32,000 nt of DNA from Mucisphaera calidilacus (GTDB lineage: Bacteria > Planctomycetota > Phycisphaerae > Phycisphaerales > Phycisphaeraceae). The notes below the pieces were generated by a model. That model worked only from the letters and a program-made list of their open reading frames with translations. It did not search any database and was not told where the DNA came from. The DNA is taken from NCBI RefSeq assembly GCF_007748075.1, contig NZ_CP036280.1, positions 750,001-782,000 of the forward strand, written 5' to 3'. A program made the position numbers and the translations under genes. Below, piece after piece: positions 16,008 through 25,144 of this stretch; the stretch's first letter is position 1, and every line of letters begins with the position of its first letter.

Positions 16008-17009
16008 ATGGCCAACATCGCAATCATCGGAGCAGGACTCGCCGGATCCGCCGCAGCCAAACGCCTGCGCGAAGCGGGACACAACGCCCTGCTCCTCGAC
16101 AAGGGCGCACGCCCCGGCGGCCGAACCTCGACCCGCAACATCAACAACCTCAGCTTCGACCACGGCGCCCAGTTCCTCACCGCCAAGACTGAAGACTTTG
16201 CCAAAACTGTCGAACAGTGGCACCACGCAGGCGTCGTCGCGCCCTGGAGCGCGAGATTCGTCGACCACGACGGCGACAGCCTCAAACCCTCCGACACCCC
16301 CACGCGATGGGTCGGCACGCCCGGCATGGCCGATATCGTCGCCCACCTCCAAAGCGGACTCGACGCCCGTTACCACGCCACCGTCACCAGGCTCCATCGC
16401 GTCGGCATGACCTGGCAACTCCAAACCGACGAGGGCGAGACCCGCAACGACATCACCCACCTCATCCTCGCCATCCCCTGCGAACAGGCCGTGAACCTCC
16501 TCAACACCGCCGCCTCCCCCGTCGCCAGGCAACTCAGCGACGTCACCAGCTACCCCTGCTGGACACTCCTGCTCGCCTTCGATCAGCCCCTCAACCTCCC
16601 CTTCGACGCAGCACGATTCCGCAACCACCCCGCGCTTGGCTGGGTCGCCAACAACTCCACCAAGCCCGGCCGACCCCGGAACGGCCCCGAGTGCTGGGTC
16701 GTCCAGGCCCATCCGCACTGGAGCGAAGAGAACCTCGAGGTCGACAAGCCACAAGCCGCCGAACAACTCATGCACGCGTTCCGACAACTCGCCGAGGAGT
16801 CATCCGTCCCCCTCCCCGACCCGCTGAGCATCAAGGCGCACCGCTGGCGCTACGCCCAGGCCAAACAACCCCTCGGCGAACCCTGCATCACGGACCCCGA
16901 CCACGGCCTGATCGTCTGTGGCGACTGGATGATCGGCCAACGCATCGAAGCCGCCTGCCTCAGCGGAGCCGCCGCCGCCAAGGCCACGCTCGATATCATC
17001 GCGTCATGA
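16008..17009 (+). CDS. NAD(P)/FAD-dependent oxidoreductase (renalase/amine-oxidase-like, COG3380-type)
   Basis: MANIAIIGAGLAGSAAAKRLREAGHNALLLDKGARPGGR is a GxGxxG dinucleotide-binding fold. The C-terminal GDWM..G.RIEAACLSG motif is typical of the family. Confidence 0.8.
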   Translation: MANIAIIGAGLAGSAAAKRLREAGHNALLLDKGARPGGRTSTRNINNLSFDHGAQFLTAKTEDFAKTVEQWHHAGVVAPWSARFVDHDGDSLKPSDTPTRWVGTPGMADIVAHLQSGLDARYHATVTRLHRVGMTWQLQTDEGETRNDITHLILAIPCEQAVNLLNTAASPVARQLSDVTSYPCWTLLLAFDQPLNLPFDAARFRNHPALGWVANNSTKPGRPRNGPECWVVQAHPHWSEENLEVDKPQAAEQLMHAFRQLAEESSVPLPDPLSIKAHRWRYAQAKQPLGEPCITDPDHGLIVCGDWMIGQRIEAACLSGAAAAKATLDIIAS

Positions 17010-17917
17010 CCACGCTCATCGGTCATCTCCGCCGCACCGCACAAACCCTCTGGCGTCGCGGACCAGGAGGATCACGCTGGCTCTACGTCGCCGGACTGCT
17101 GCTCATCGCCAGCGGCCTGCTCCACATCCCCGTCTGGCTGATCGACGGCACCCCGTGGACCGGAAGCGTCTCGTGGCGCAAGCCGATTCTCTTCGGCATC
17201 TCCACGGGCGTCACCCTCCTCTCCCTCGGCTGGGTCGTCGACCTCGTCTCCACAACGCCCCGCGTCTGGCTCAGCCGGGCCGCCAAACTCGTCGCGTTCG
17301 CAGGCGTCGCCGAAGTCGCCCTGATCACACTCCAGGCCTGGCGCGGCGAACCCTCGCACTTCAACAACACCACACCCCTCAACAGCGCGATCCACTACGC
17401 CATCGACGGCCTCGTCTCCCTCATCATGCTCAAAGTCCTCCTGCTCACGGCACTCAGCTTCACAGCGATCCGGCCCGCGCACAACAGACTCACCAGAGAG
17501 GACCGCCTCGGCGTCCGTTTCGGCATGATCGCGCTGAGCCTCAGCTGCCTCTTCGGCTTCTGGATGCTCCTCTACGGCATCCCCCGCGCCGAAGCAGGGC
17601 AGGACCCCGTTACCTACGGGCAGGCCGGCGTCCTCAAGTTCGTTCACGGCATGCCGATCCACGCGCTCCAACTCCTGCCCATCACCAACTGGCTCATGCT
17701 ACGCCTGGGTGTCAAACCCCCCAGACGTTTTATGACCACCCTCTGCCTCGCCCTCAGCACCACGCTGCTCACCCTCTACGCCTGCGTGCAAACCTTCCAG
17801 GGCCTCCCCCGCTTCGACGCCGGACCCGTCGCAGGCGTCGTCCTCCTGCTCGGTCTCGCACTCACCCTCCACCCCATCCTTACACTCGCAGCTCAGGCGT
17901 GGCCCGGTAGACGCTAG
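17006..17917 (+). CDS. Hypothetical polytopic membrane protein
   Basis: ATG 17006 overlaps the upstream stop (ATGA). About 8 hydrophobic segments, for example WLYVAGLLLIASGLLHIPVWL and ILFGISTGVTLLSLGWVV. The part of the track ORF upstream of 17006 is an out-of-frame overlap with the oxidoreductase gene. Confidence 0.65.
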   Translation: MTTLIGHLRRTAQTLWRRGPGGSRWLYVAGLLLIASGLLHIPVWLIDGTPWTGSVSWRKPILFGISTGVTLLSLGWVVDLVSTTPRVWLSRAAKLVAFAGVAEVALITLQAWRGEPSHFNNTTPLNSAIHYAIDGLVSLIMLKVLLLTALSFTAIRPAHNRLTREDRLGVRFGMIALSLSCLFGFWMLLYGIPRAEAGQDPVTYGQAGVLKFVHGMPIHALQLLPITNWLMLRLGVKPPRRFMTTLCLALSTTLLTLYACVQTFQGLPRFDAGPVAGVVLLLGLALTLHPILTLAAQAWPGRR

Positions 17918-18021
17918 TCTCATCGCGCGACTCACCATTCCCACCGCGGGTATATTGATACTGGACGTGTCCGTCGTGTGACACCCGCACCACACTCAGC
18001 AACACGGAATCGAGTCTCCCT

Positions 18022-19101
18022 ATGGCAACCGCATCAGACGGCATGAACTACGCACCCGTCGGCAAACCCCAGCCTGTCGTCAAACCCGGCGAATTCGCCT
18101 TCGCCGTCGCCGCCATGGACCACGGCCACATCCACGGGCAGACCAACGGCCTGCTCGGCGCCGGCGGGACTCTCAAGTACGTCTACGACAAACACGACAC
18201 CGAACAGGCACGCGCCTTCGCTGAACAGAACAACGCCACCCACGCCACCAGCCTCGACCAGATCCTCGACGACCCCGATATCAAACTCGTCGCCGCCGCC
18301 GCCATCCCCTCCGAGCGTGCCGCCCTCGGTATCCGCTGCATGGAGGCCGGCAAGCACTACTTCACCGACAAGACCCCGCTCACCACACTTGATCAACTCG
18401 AACAGGTCCGCGACGCCGTCCAGCGAACCGGCCGCAAGTACATGGTCTACTACTCCGAGCGCCTCCACGTCGAGTGCGCCATGCACGCCACGAAACTCGT
18501 ACAGCAGGGCGCGATCGGCCGCGTCATCCACGTCACCGGCTTCGGCCCCCACCGACTCGGCCCGCCCGAGGGACGACCCGACTGGTTCTACCGCAAGGCC
18601 CAGTACGGCGGGATCCTCTGCGACATCGGCAGCCACCAGATCGAGCAGTTCCTCACCTACGCCGGCTGCAGCGACGCCACCGTCCAGGCCGCCCGCGTCG
18701 CCAACTACAACCACCCCGACTACCCCGAACTCGAAGACTTCGGCGACTGCACACTCGTCGGCGACAACGGCGCGACGATGTATTTCCGCGTCGACTGGTT
18801 TACGCCCGACGGGCTAGGAACCTGGGGCGATGGCCGGACGTTTATCATCGGCACCGACGGCTACATCGAGATGCGCAAGTATTGCGAGGTCGCGTCCGGG
18901 CAGGATCTGGGCGACGTGCTCATTCTCGTCAACGGCGAGAACGAGCAACGCATGGAACTCAAGGATAAGGTTGGGTTTAGCTTCTTCGGCGACCTCATCC
19001 TCGACTGCCTGAACAACACCGAGAACGCCATGACTCAGGCCCACGCGCTCAAGGCTGCTGAGCTCTGCGTCCGCGCCCAGCAACAGGCGGTGCGGGTCTG
19101 A
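18022..19101 (+). CDS. Gfo/Idh/MocA-family oxidoreductase
   Basis: KLVAAAAIPSERAALGIRCMEAGKHYFTDKT matches the family's xxP..H.....al.aGKHv..EKP region. The size is about 360 aa. ATG start at 18022. Confidence 0.7.
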   Translation: MATASDGMNYAPVGKPQPVVKPGEFAFAVAAMDHGHIHGQTNGLLGAGGTLKYVYDKHDTEQARAFAEQNNATHATSLDQILDDPDIKLVAAAAIPSERAALGIRCMEAGKHYFTDKTPLTTLDQLEQVRDAVQRTGRKYMVYYSERLHVECAMHATKLVQQGAIGRVIHVTGFGPHRLGPPEGRPDWFYRKAQYGGILCDIGSHQIEQFLTYAGCSDATVQAARVANYNHPDYPELEDFGDCTLVGDNGATMYFRVDWFTPDGLGTWGDGRTFIIGTDGYIEMRKYCEVASGQDLGDVLILVNGENEQRMELKDKVGFSFFGDLILDCLNNTENAMTQAHALKAAELCVRAQQQAVRV

Positions 19102-19128
19102 TGCCCTAAAGCTGAGGCGGTCGTTTGA

Positions 19129-20010
19129 TCAGCCCTGGCGTCGGAGGCAGGCGAGTCCGAGGGTGAGCAGCAGGGCGGAGGCGGGTTCGGGGACGCTACC
19201 CCGGCTGCCGCCGGTGAGCCCCGGGACGGAATTGCCGAAGGTGGATGCGAGGACGGAGAGGTCGAGCAGGTCGACGAAGCCGTCGCCGTTGGCGTCGCCC
19301 TGTTCGAAGGTCTTGCCGATGGTGAGTTGGTCGCCGGGCTCGCGTCGGGGCGGGTTGAAGTTGGCGGCGAGGATGGAGAGGTCGAGTAGGTTGACATTGG
19401 CGTCGCGGTTGAAGTCGGCGGCCATCGGTTGGTGTAGAGGACCGTGGTGCCACTGAATTGTGGCTCGTCCTAAACCGGTGCTGACGCTTGCGACGACGAC
19501 ATCGACATCGAAGTCAGTTGTGAACGATGAGAGAGTCAGTCGGAAAGACTCGGTCGGGTCGGGCCAGACGGTGTACTCGCCGATCGGGGGGTGATCGAGC
19601 GGTACCTGCAGTTGATAGGTCAGTTCATCATCGGTCTCGATGGTGGCCTGAAATGGTTCGATATGGATCGGCCAGGAACCGAACGTGTCGCCGGGCTGCT
19701 TGCCGATGAGGCCGAAGGAGAGGGGGAAGGGATTGCTGTAGAAGAACTGTCCGTCGGGGGTACGGAGGATGCCAAGGGTGGCGTTGACGGTAAAGAACTC
19801 GCCCTGATCGGTCTCATCTCGAGCGAGGATGTTGTCGAGGTTGAGTTCTGCGGCCTCGAACGGGACGCTGAGGATGGACGACGTGTCCGCCTCGTACTTG
19901 CTCTCCTGCACGCCGACGACGTTGACGGAGTAGGCGACCTGCTGCGCGAGGGCGATCGATCCGGTGCTCAGGACGAGGACGCAGGCCGTGGCGAGACGTT
20001 GGGTGTTCAT
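19129..20010 (-). CDS. PEP-CTERM-anchored secreted protein with dockerin-like repeats
   Basis: Signal peptide MNTQRLATACVLVLSTGSIALAQQ. Repeats are ADFNRDANVNLLDLSILAANFN and GDANGDGFVDLLDLSVLASTFGN. The C-terminus is SVPEPASALLLTLGLACLRRQG. Confidence 0.8.
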   Translation of the reverse strand: MNTQRLATACVLVLSTGSIALAQQVAYSVNVVGVQESKYEADTSSILSVPFEAAELNLDNILARDETDQGEFFTVNATLGILRTPDGQFFYSNPFPLSFGLIGKQPGDTFGSWPIHIEPFQATIETDDELTYQLQVPLDHPPIGEYTVWPDPTESFRLTLSSFTTDFDVDVVVASVSTGLGRATIQWHHGPLHQPMAADFNRDANVNLLDLSILAANFNPPRREPGDQLTIGKTFEQGDANGDGFVDLLDLSVLASTFGNSVPGLTGGSRGSVPEPASALLLTLGLACLRRQG

Positions 20011-20196
20011 CGCTGATCTCCTTCTCGTGGTGATGGCGACGTGCGGGTTCGGGCTGGCCGCTCCCTGCTCCGTTTGCTGTTTCGGTTATCGCTACAGAGA
20101 ACTACGCGTCTTCCCGATGAATCATGCGCGTTGGAATCAGGGATGGCAATGAGAAAGCAGGGGGTGCGGCTCTGAAGACCGGGCGGTCCTGAGAGG

Positions 20197-20826
20197 TCAG
20201 GCGGGTTTGCGGGCGTGGATGGCCTGCTGGCCGGACTTGGGGTTGTGGACGGTCGATTCGAGGACCTCGAAGCCGGCGTCGCGGATCATGGCTTCGAGTT
20301 CGGCGAGGGTGAAGTTGACGATGGGCGGTGCCTTACCGACCCACTGCATGACGACGATGAGCCAGCGGATGGCGAAGCTGTAGTCCGACAGGCAGGGGGC
20401 TTCGAGGATCAGTTGGCCGTTGGGCTTGAGCAGCTGGTGGAAGCGGGCGAGCGTGGCTTTGGGGTCGTCGACGAGGTGGAGCAGTGCGAAGCAGGTGATG
20501 CCATCGAGGGTGCCGGCGAGCTGGTCGAAGCGTGGGTCGTCGATGGGGGCGCAGACGAACTCGGCGTTGGTGAGGCCGCGTTCGGCGGCGCGTTCGGCGG
20601 CGAGGTCGATGTGGGTCTGTGCGATGTCGACGCCTAGGACGTGGCTCACGTGGGGCGCGAGGTCGAGGGTTATGTGCCCGGAGGCGCAGCCGGCGTCGAG
20701 GACGCGGGCGTCGGGGCCGAGCCAGTCGGCGCAGCGTTGGATACGCGCGGCGAAGTTGGGCCCTTTCCTTGTCTGGGCGTCGTACTTGCGGGCTGATTTT
20801 TCCCAGAAGGTCTGTGCGTTGGGCAT
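20197..20826 (-). CDS. Class I SAM-dependent methyltransferase
   Basis: Motif I is RVLDAGCASGHITLDLA. A post-I acidic residue is present (GVDIA), followed by KPNGQLILE. 209 aa. Confidence 0.8.
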   Translation of the reverse strand: MPNAQTFWEKSARKYDAQTRKGPNFAARIQRCADWLGPDARVLDAGCASGHITLDLAPHVSHVLGVDIAQTHIDLAAERAAERGLTNAEFVCAPIDDPRFDQLAGTLDGITCFALLHLVDDPKATLARFHQLLKPNGQLILEAPCLSDYSFAIRWLIVVMQWVGKAPPIVNFTLAELEAMIRDAGFEVLESTVHNPKSGQQAIHARKPA

Positions 20827-20860
20827 GGGGTGGTCCGGGGGGGGATGTGAGGCATCCTAG

Positions 20861-21340
20861 TCAGTTTGTGGTGAAACGCGGCTTGTCTTGGATCTCCATG
20901 ACGTACCGGATCGCGAGTTGGAGACTGCCTTCGGAGTCGATCCAGCGTGTGGAGCCATGGTCGGTCCAGGGTTTGGGGGTGTTGTGGCCATGCTCATTGA
21001 GAATCAGCGTGCAGCGGATCTTGAGTTTCTGCATGACGGTTTCGGGTGGATCGGATGCGGTGAGGACCACGTGGATGTGGTTGGTGCGAACATTGAGCGC
21101 GTGGAGTGACCAGCCTCGGAAGATGCAGTGCTCCTGGATGGTGCGATCGAGCAGTTGCCGTTGGCTGCTGGAGAGGATGAGAGGGGGGTGTTTGAGGCGT
21201 GATCTGACGGCAGCGACACGACGTGGGTTGACATCAGCCAGTGGTTTGCCGGGCGTACGGTGGTCTTCATCGACAGAGCCACGCGGGTCTCCTGCGAGTC
21301 TGGTTCCTCGTGTGGTCCATGTGATGAAGTAGGTCGGCAT
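20861..21340 (-). CDS. IS200/RAYT-like HUH tyrosine transposase family protein (Y1_Tnp-like)
   Basis: HUH motif in RTNHIHVVLTAS, with a downstream Tyr in LQLAIRYVMEIQ. It is about 160 aa and a single gene, with a REP-like inverted hairpin doublet immediately upstream. Confidence 0.65.
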   Translation of the reverse strand: MPTYFITWTTRGTRLAGDPRGSVDEDHRTPGKPLADVNPRRVAAVRSRLKHPPLILSSSQRQLLDRTIQEHCIFRGWSLHALNVRTNHIHVVLTASDPPETVMQKLKIRCTLILNEHGHNTPKPWTDHGSTRWIDSEGSLQLAIRYVMEIQDKPRFTTN

Positions 21341-21389
21341 CAGCAGAGACTAGCAGATGCAAGGCAAATAAACAATAAAAATACACATT

Positions 21390-21465
21390 AACGAGCCCCG
21401 GACGGGCGTCCGGGGACAGGGGGTGTCGAGGGCGGATGTCCCGGGACGCCCGTCCCGGGCTCGTT
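21390..21465. repeat. REPIN-like inverted doublet of 29-nt units, each containing its own 8-bp hairpin
   Basis: The left arm is aacgagccccggacgggcgtccggggaca (21390-21418). The right arm is tgtcccgggacgcccgtcccgggctcgtt (21437-21465). The arms are 27/29 complementary. The two differences fall on paired stem positions and flip a C-G pair to G-C. Confidence 0.8.
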
Positions 21466-21494
21466 GTCGTGCGTGGTGTTGGCAAGGGGGTATG

Positions 21495-21522
21495 AAAAAA
21501 GCCTCGGGCGTGTGCCCGAGGC
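21495..21522 (-). terminator. Rho-independent terminator of groEL
   Basis: The minus strand reads gcctcgggc-acac-gcccgaggc, followed by tttttt. It lies 30 nt after the groEL stop. Confidence 0.85.
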
Positions 21523-21551
21523 CTGAGAGATTGATGGATTGGGACTTGGAT

Positions 21552-23183
<1,632 letters not shown>

Positions 23184-23227
23184 GCTGGTTGCTCCTTCTG
23201 TTGAGCGGTTTGCTGTTGTGGTCTGGT

Positions 23228-23515
23228 TTACTCGACGACGGCGAGGACTTCGGACTCGTCCATGACGAGGTACTCTTCGCCATCGATCTTGATCTCGGTT
23301 CCGCCCCACTTGGAGAGGAGGATGGTGTCGCCTTCCTTGACCTGGAAGGCGGAGCGCTCGCCGTTGTCGAGGAGCTTGCCCTGGCCGACGCGGATGACCT
23401 TGGCCTGCTGGGGTTTTTCCTTGGCGGACTCGGGCAGGAAGATGCCTGAGGCGGTTTTTTCTTCGGCGGCTACGCGCTGGACGAGGATCTTGTCACCGAG
23501 GGGACGAACTTTCAT
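23228..23515 (-). CDS. groES: Co-chaperonin GroES (10 kDa)
   Basis: [44 protein letters not shown]...[24 protein letters not shown]. It sits 44 nt upstream of groEL. Confidence 0.95.
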   Translation of the reverse strand: MKVRPLGDKILVQRVAAEEKTASGIFLPESAKEKPQQAKVIRVGQGKLLDNGERSAFQVKEGDTILLSKWGGTEIKIDGEEYLVMDESEVLAVVE

Positions 23516-23554
23516 GGTTATCTCTCCGATTGGAAAAGGGTTGATTGGGGTTGA

Positions 23555-24049
23555 TCAGTTGTTGGCAACGTTCTGTGGCCACTGCCCGTGGTAGCGCCGG
23601 TCGATGAGCCGGCGGATGACGTTGAGCAGGGCTTCGATTCGGATGGGGAAGTTGACGACCGAGAAGGCGCCGAGTTGGAGGGCCTGGGTGACGTAGCGCT
23701 GGAAGGCGGCCGCGTCGAGGGGCTGGTTGTTGACGACGACGATGGGGGGTGCGTCGGGCAGTCGGTGCAGGACTTCGAGGAGCCAGAGCCCGCCTGATTC
23801 GACGGAGCTGGTCCCGCCGGTGGGTCGTTTGTCGGTTTCGCGGGGGGTGGCGAGGTCGACGAGAGCGGCGTGGACAGGGTGTTGTTCGGCGAGTTCGAGG
23901 GCTTCCCGGCCGGACTCGGCGACGAGGGGTGCGAAGCCCTGGGGCTTGAGCAGTTGGCCGAGGGGTGTGGCCCAGTCGGCGTCGGCCCGCTGGGGATCTT
24001 CCGCCAGCAGGACGTTGAATCGGCCTGTACTCGTGCCATGGTTCATCAT
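23555..24049 (-). CDS. Stand-alone receiver (REC)-like domain protein, atypical
   Basis: FNVLLAED supplies the acidic pair, HAALVDLATP the putative phospho-acceptor Asp and PPIVVVNN is beta4. There is no obvious conserved Thr/Ser or Lys-Pro. The preferred start is ATG 24047-24049, because the codons up to ATG 24139 are rare and AT-ending. Confidence 0.55.
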   Translation of the reverse strand: MMNHGTSTGRFNVLLAEDPQRADADWATPLGQLLKPQGFAPLVAESGREALELAEQHPVHAALVDLATPRETDKRPTGGTSSVESGGLWLLEVLHRLPDAPPIVVVNNQPLDAAAFQRYVTQALQLGAFSVVNFPIRIEALLNVIRRLIDRRYHGQWPQNVANN

Positions 24050-24062
24050 GCGGGTTGCAGAG

Positions 24063-24079
24063 TTGCAAGGCCGGTGCCA
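24063..24079 (-). promoter_or_regulatory. Sigma-54 (-24/-12) promoter core TGGCAC-N5-TTGCA
   Basis: The minus strand reads TGGCACcggccTTGCAa, an exact match to the core consensus and spacing. It is oriented toward the receiver-groES-groEL genes. The -12 GC lies about 15 nt upstream of ATG 24049. Confidence 0.5.
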
Positions 24080-24307
24080 CGGGTGCCGACGGGCGGGCGT
24101 GGCGGCCACGGCGTGTAAGTGTCTTATTTTCAGTGACATGCGGATGAATTGCGGACTGCGTGGTGTTCCTTAATAAGGATGCGGCTGCCGGGTGGCGGTG
24201 TGGGGGCGTGGCGGGGGTGTCGTTTTGGCAGAGTGGACGAGCCGCTGGGAGGGTTGACGGGTGCCTCAGGGTGTTGATGATCCGTGCCGCGGACGGGTTA
24301 AGGATTT

Positions 24308-25006
24308 ATGAAGCTGAGCATCATCATCCCGGTCTTCAATGAAGAGCAGACGGTGCGTGTGCTGGTCGAGCGGGTGTGGGCGGTGGATCTGGGGGGCGTG
24401 GAGCGTGAGGTGATTGTGGTGGACGATGCGTCGGCGGACGCTTCGCCTGCGGTGCTGCGTGAACTGGAGGCGGAAGGGTTGTGCGTCGTGCACCGGCATC
24501 CGGTGAACCAGGGCAAGGGTGCGGCGATTCGGACGGGGGTGTCGCGGGTGACGGGTGACATGGTGATCATTCAGGACGCGGACCTGGAGTACGACCCGGG
24601 CGAGTATCCGCGTGTGATGGCGCCGCTGCTGGAGAACAGGGCGGACGTGGTGTACGGGTCTCGTTTTCTGGAGCGTGATCAAGACCGGTTGTATGACCGG
24701 TGGCACGCGTTCGGCAACGGCGTGCTGACGTGGGTGTCGAATCGGTTTACGGGCTTGGGGCTGAGCGACATGGAGACGTGTTACAAGCTGTTCCGCGCGT
24801 CGGTGATCAAGGCGGTGGACATCGAGGAGCCTCGGTTTGGCTTTGAGCCCGAGATCACCGCGAAGGTGGCGAAGCTGGGCGTTCGTGTGGTGGAGGTTCC
24901 GGTGTCGTACGACGGGCGCACGTACAGCGCGGGGAAGAAGATCGGTTGGCGTGACGCGTTGTGGGCGCTGCGCTGCATCGTGAAGTACAGCCTGCGGCGT
25001 GACTGA
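24308..25006 (+). CDS. Family 2 glycosyltransferase (polyprenol-phosphate mannose/glucose synthase-like)
   Basis: MKLSIIIPVFNEE, VVDDASAD and IIQDADLEYDP (DxD region). 232 aa. Confidence 0.85.
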   Translation: MKLSIIIPVFNEEQTVRVLVERVWAVDLGGVEREVIVVDDASADASPAVLRELEAEGLCVVHRHPVNQGKGAAIRTGVSRVTGDMVIIQDADLEYDPGEYPRVMAPLLENRADVVYGSRFLERDQDRLYDRWHAFGNGVLTWVSNRFTGLGLSDMETCYKLFRASVIKAVDIEEPRFGFEPEITAKVAKLGVRVVEVPVSYDGRTYSAGKKIGWRDALWALRCIVKYSLRRD

Positions 25007-25144
25007 GACGTGGCGCTTTTTGCGTCGCGGGCGTGGTTTCTTCTAGCGTCATGCTGACATTGACTCTAGACTGAAATGTCCTGCGATTGTTTCAGATCGT
25101 TATTGGTTCAGTTCGTTTCATTCATTTCAAGACAGGAGACCGTC

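Noticed and set aside
23184-23309. N-terminal extensions of track ORFs, such as 42 extra codons on groEL. Similar extensions occur on lpxB (29044-29361), EF-G (25076-25144), the H1-like gene (27242-27388) and the REC gene (24050-24139).
   Set aside because: The conserved N-termini begin at internal ATGs. The extensions are Arg-rich or use rare codons, and they overlap neighbouring genes or a tRNA.
23516-23600. Search for a CIRCE heat-shock operator or a sigma-54 site directly upstream of groES (minus strand TGGCCACAGAACGTTGCC)
   Set aside because: No TTAGCACTC-N9-GAGTGCTAA-like inverted repeat is present. In the sigma-54-like string the GG and GC elements are 14 nt apart instead of 12, and it lies inside the REC coding region.
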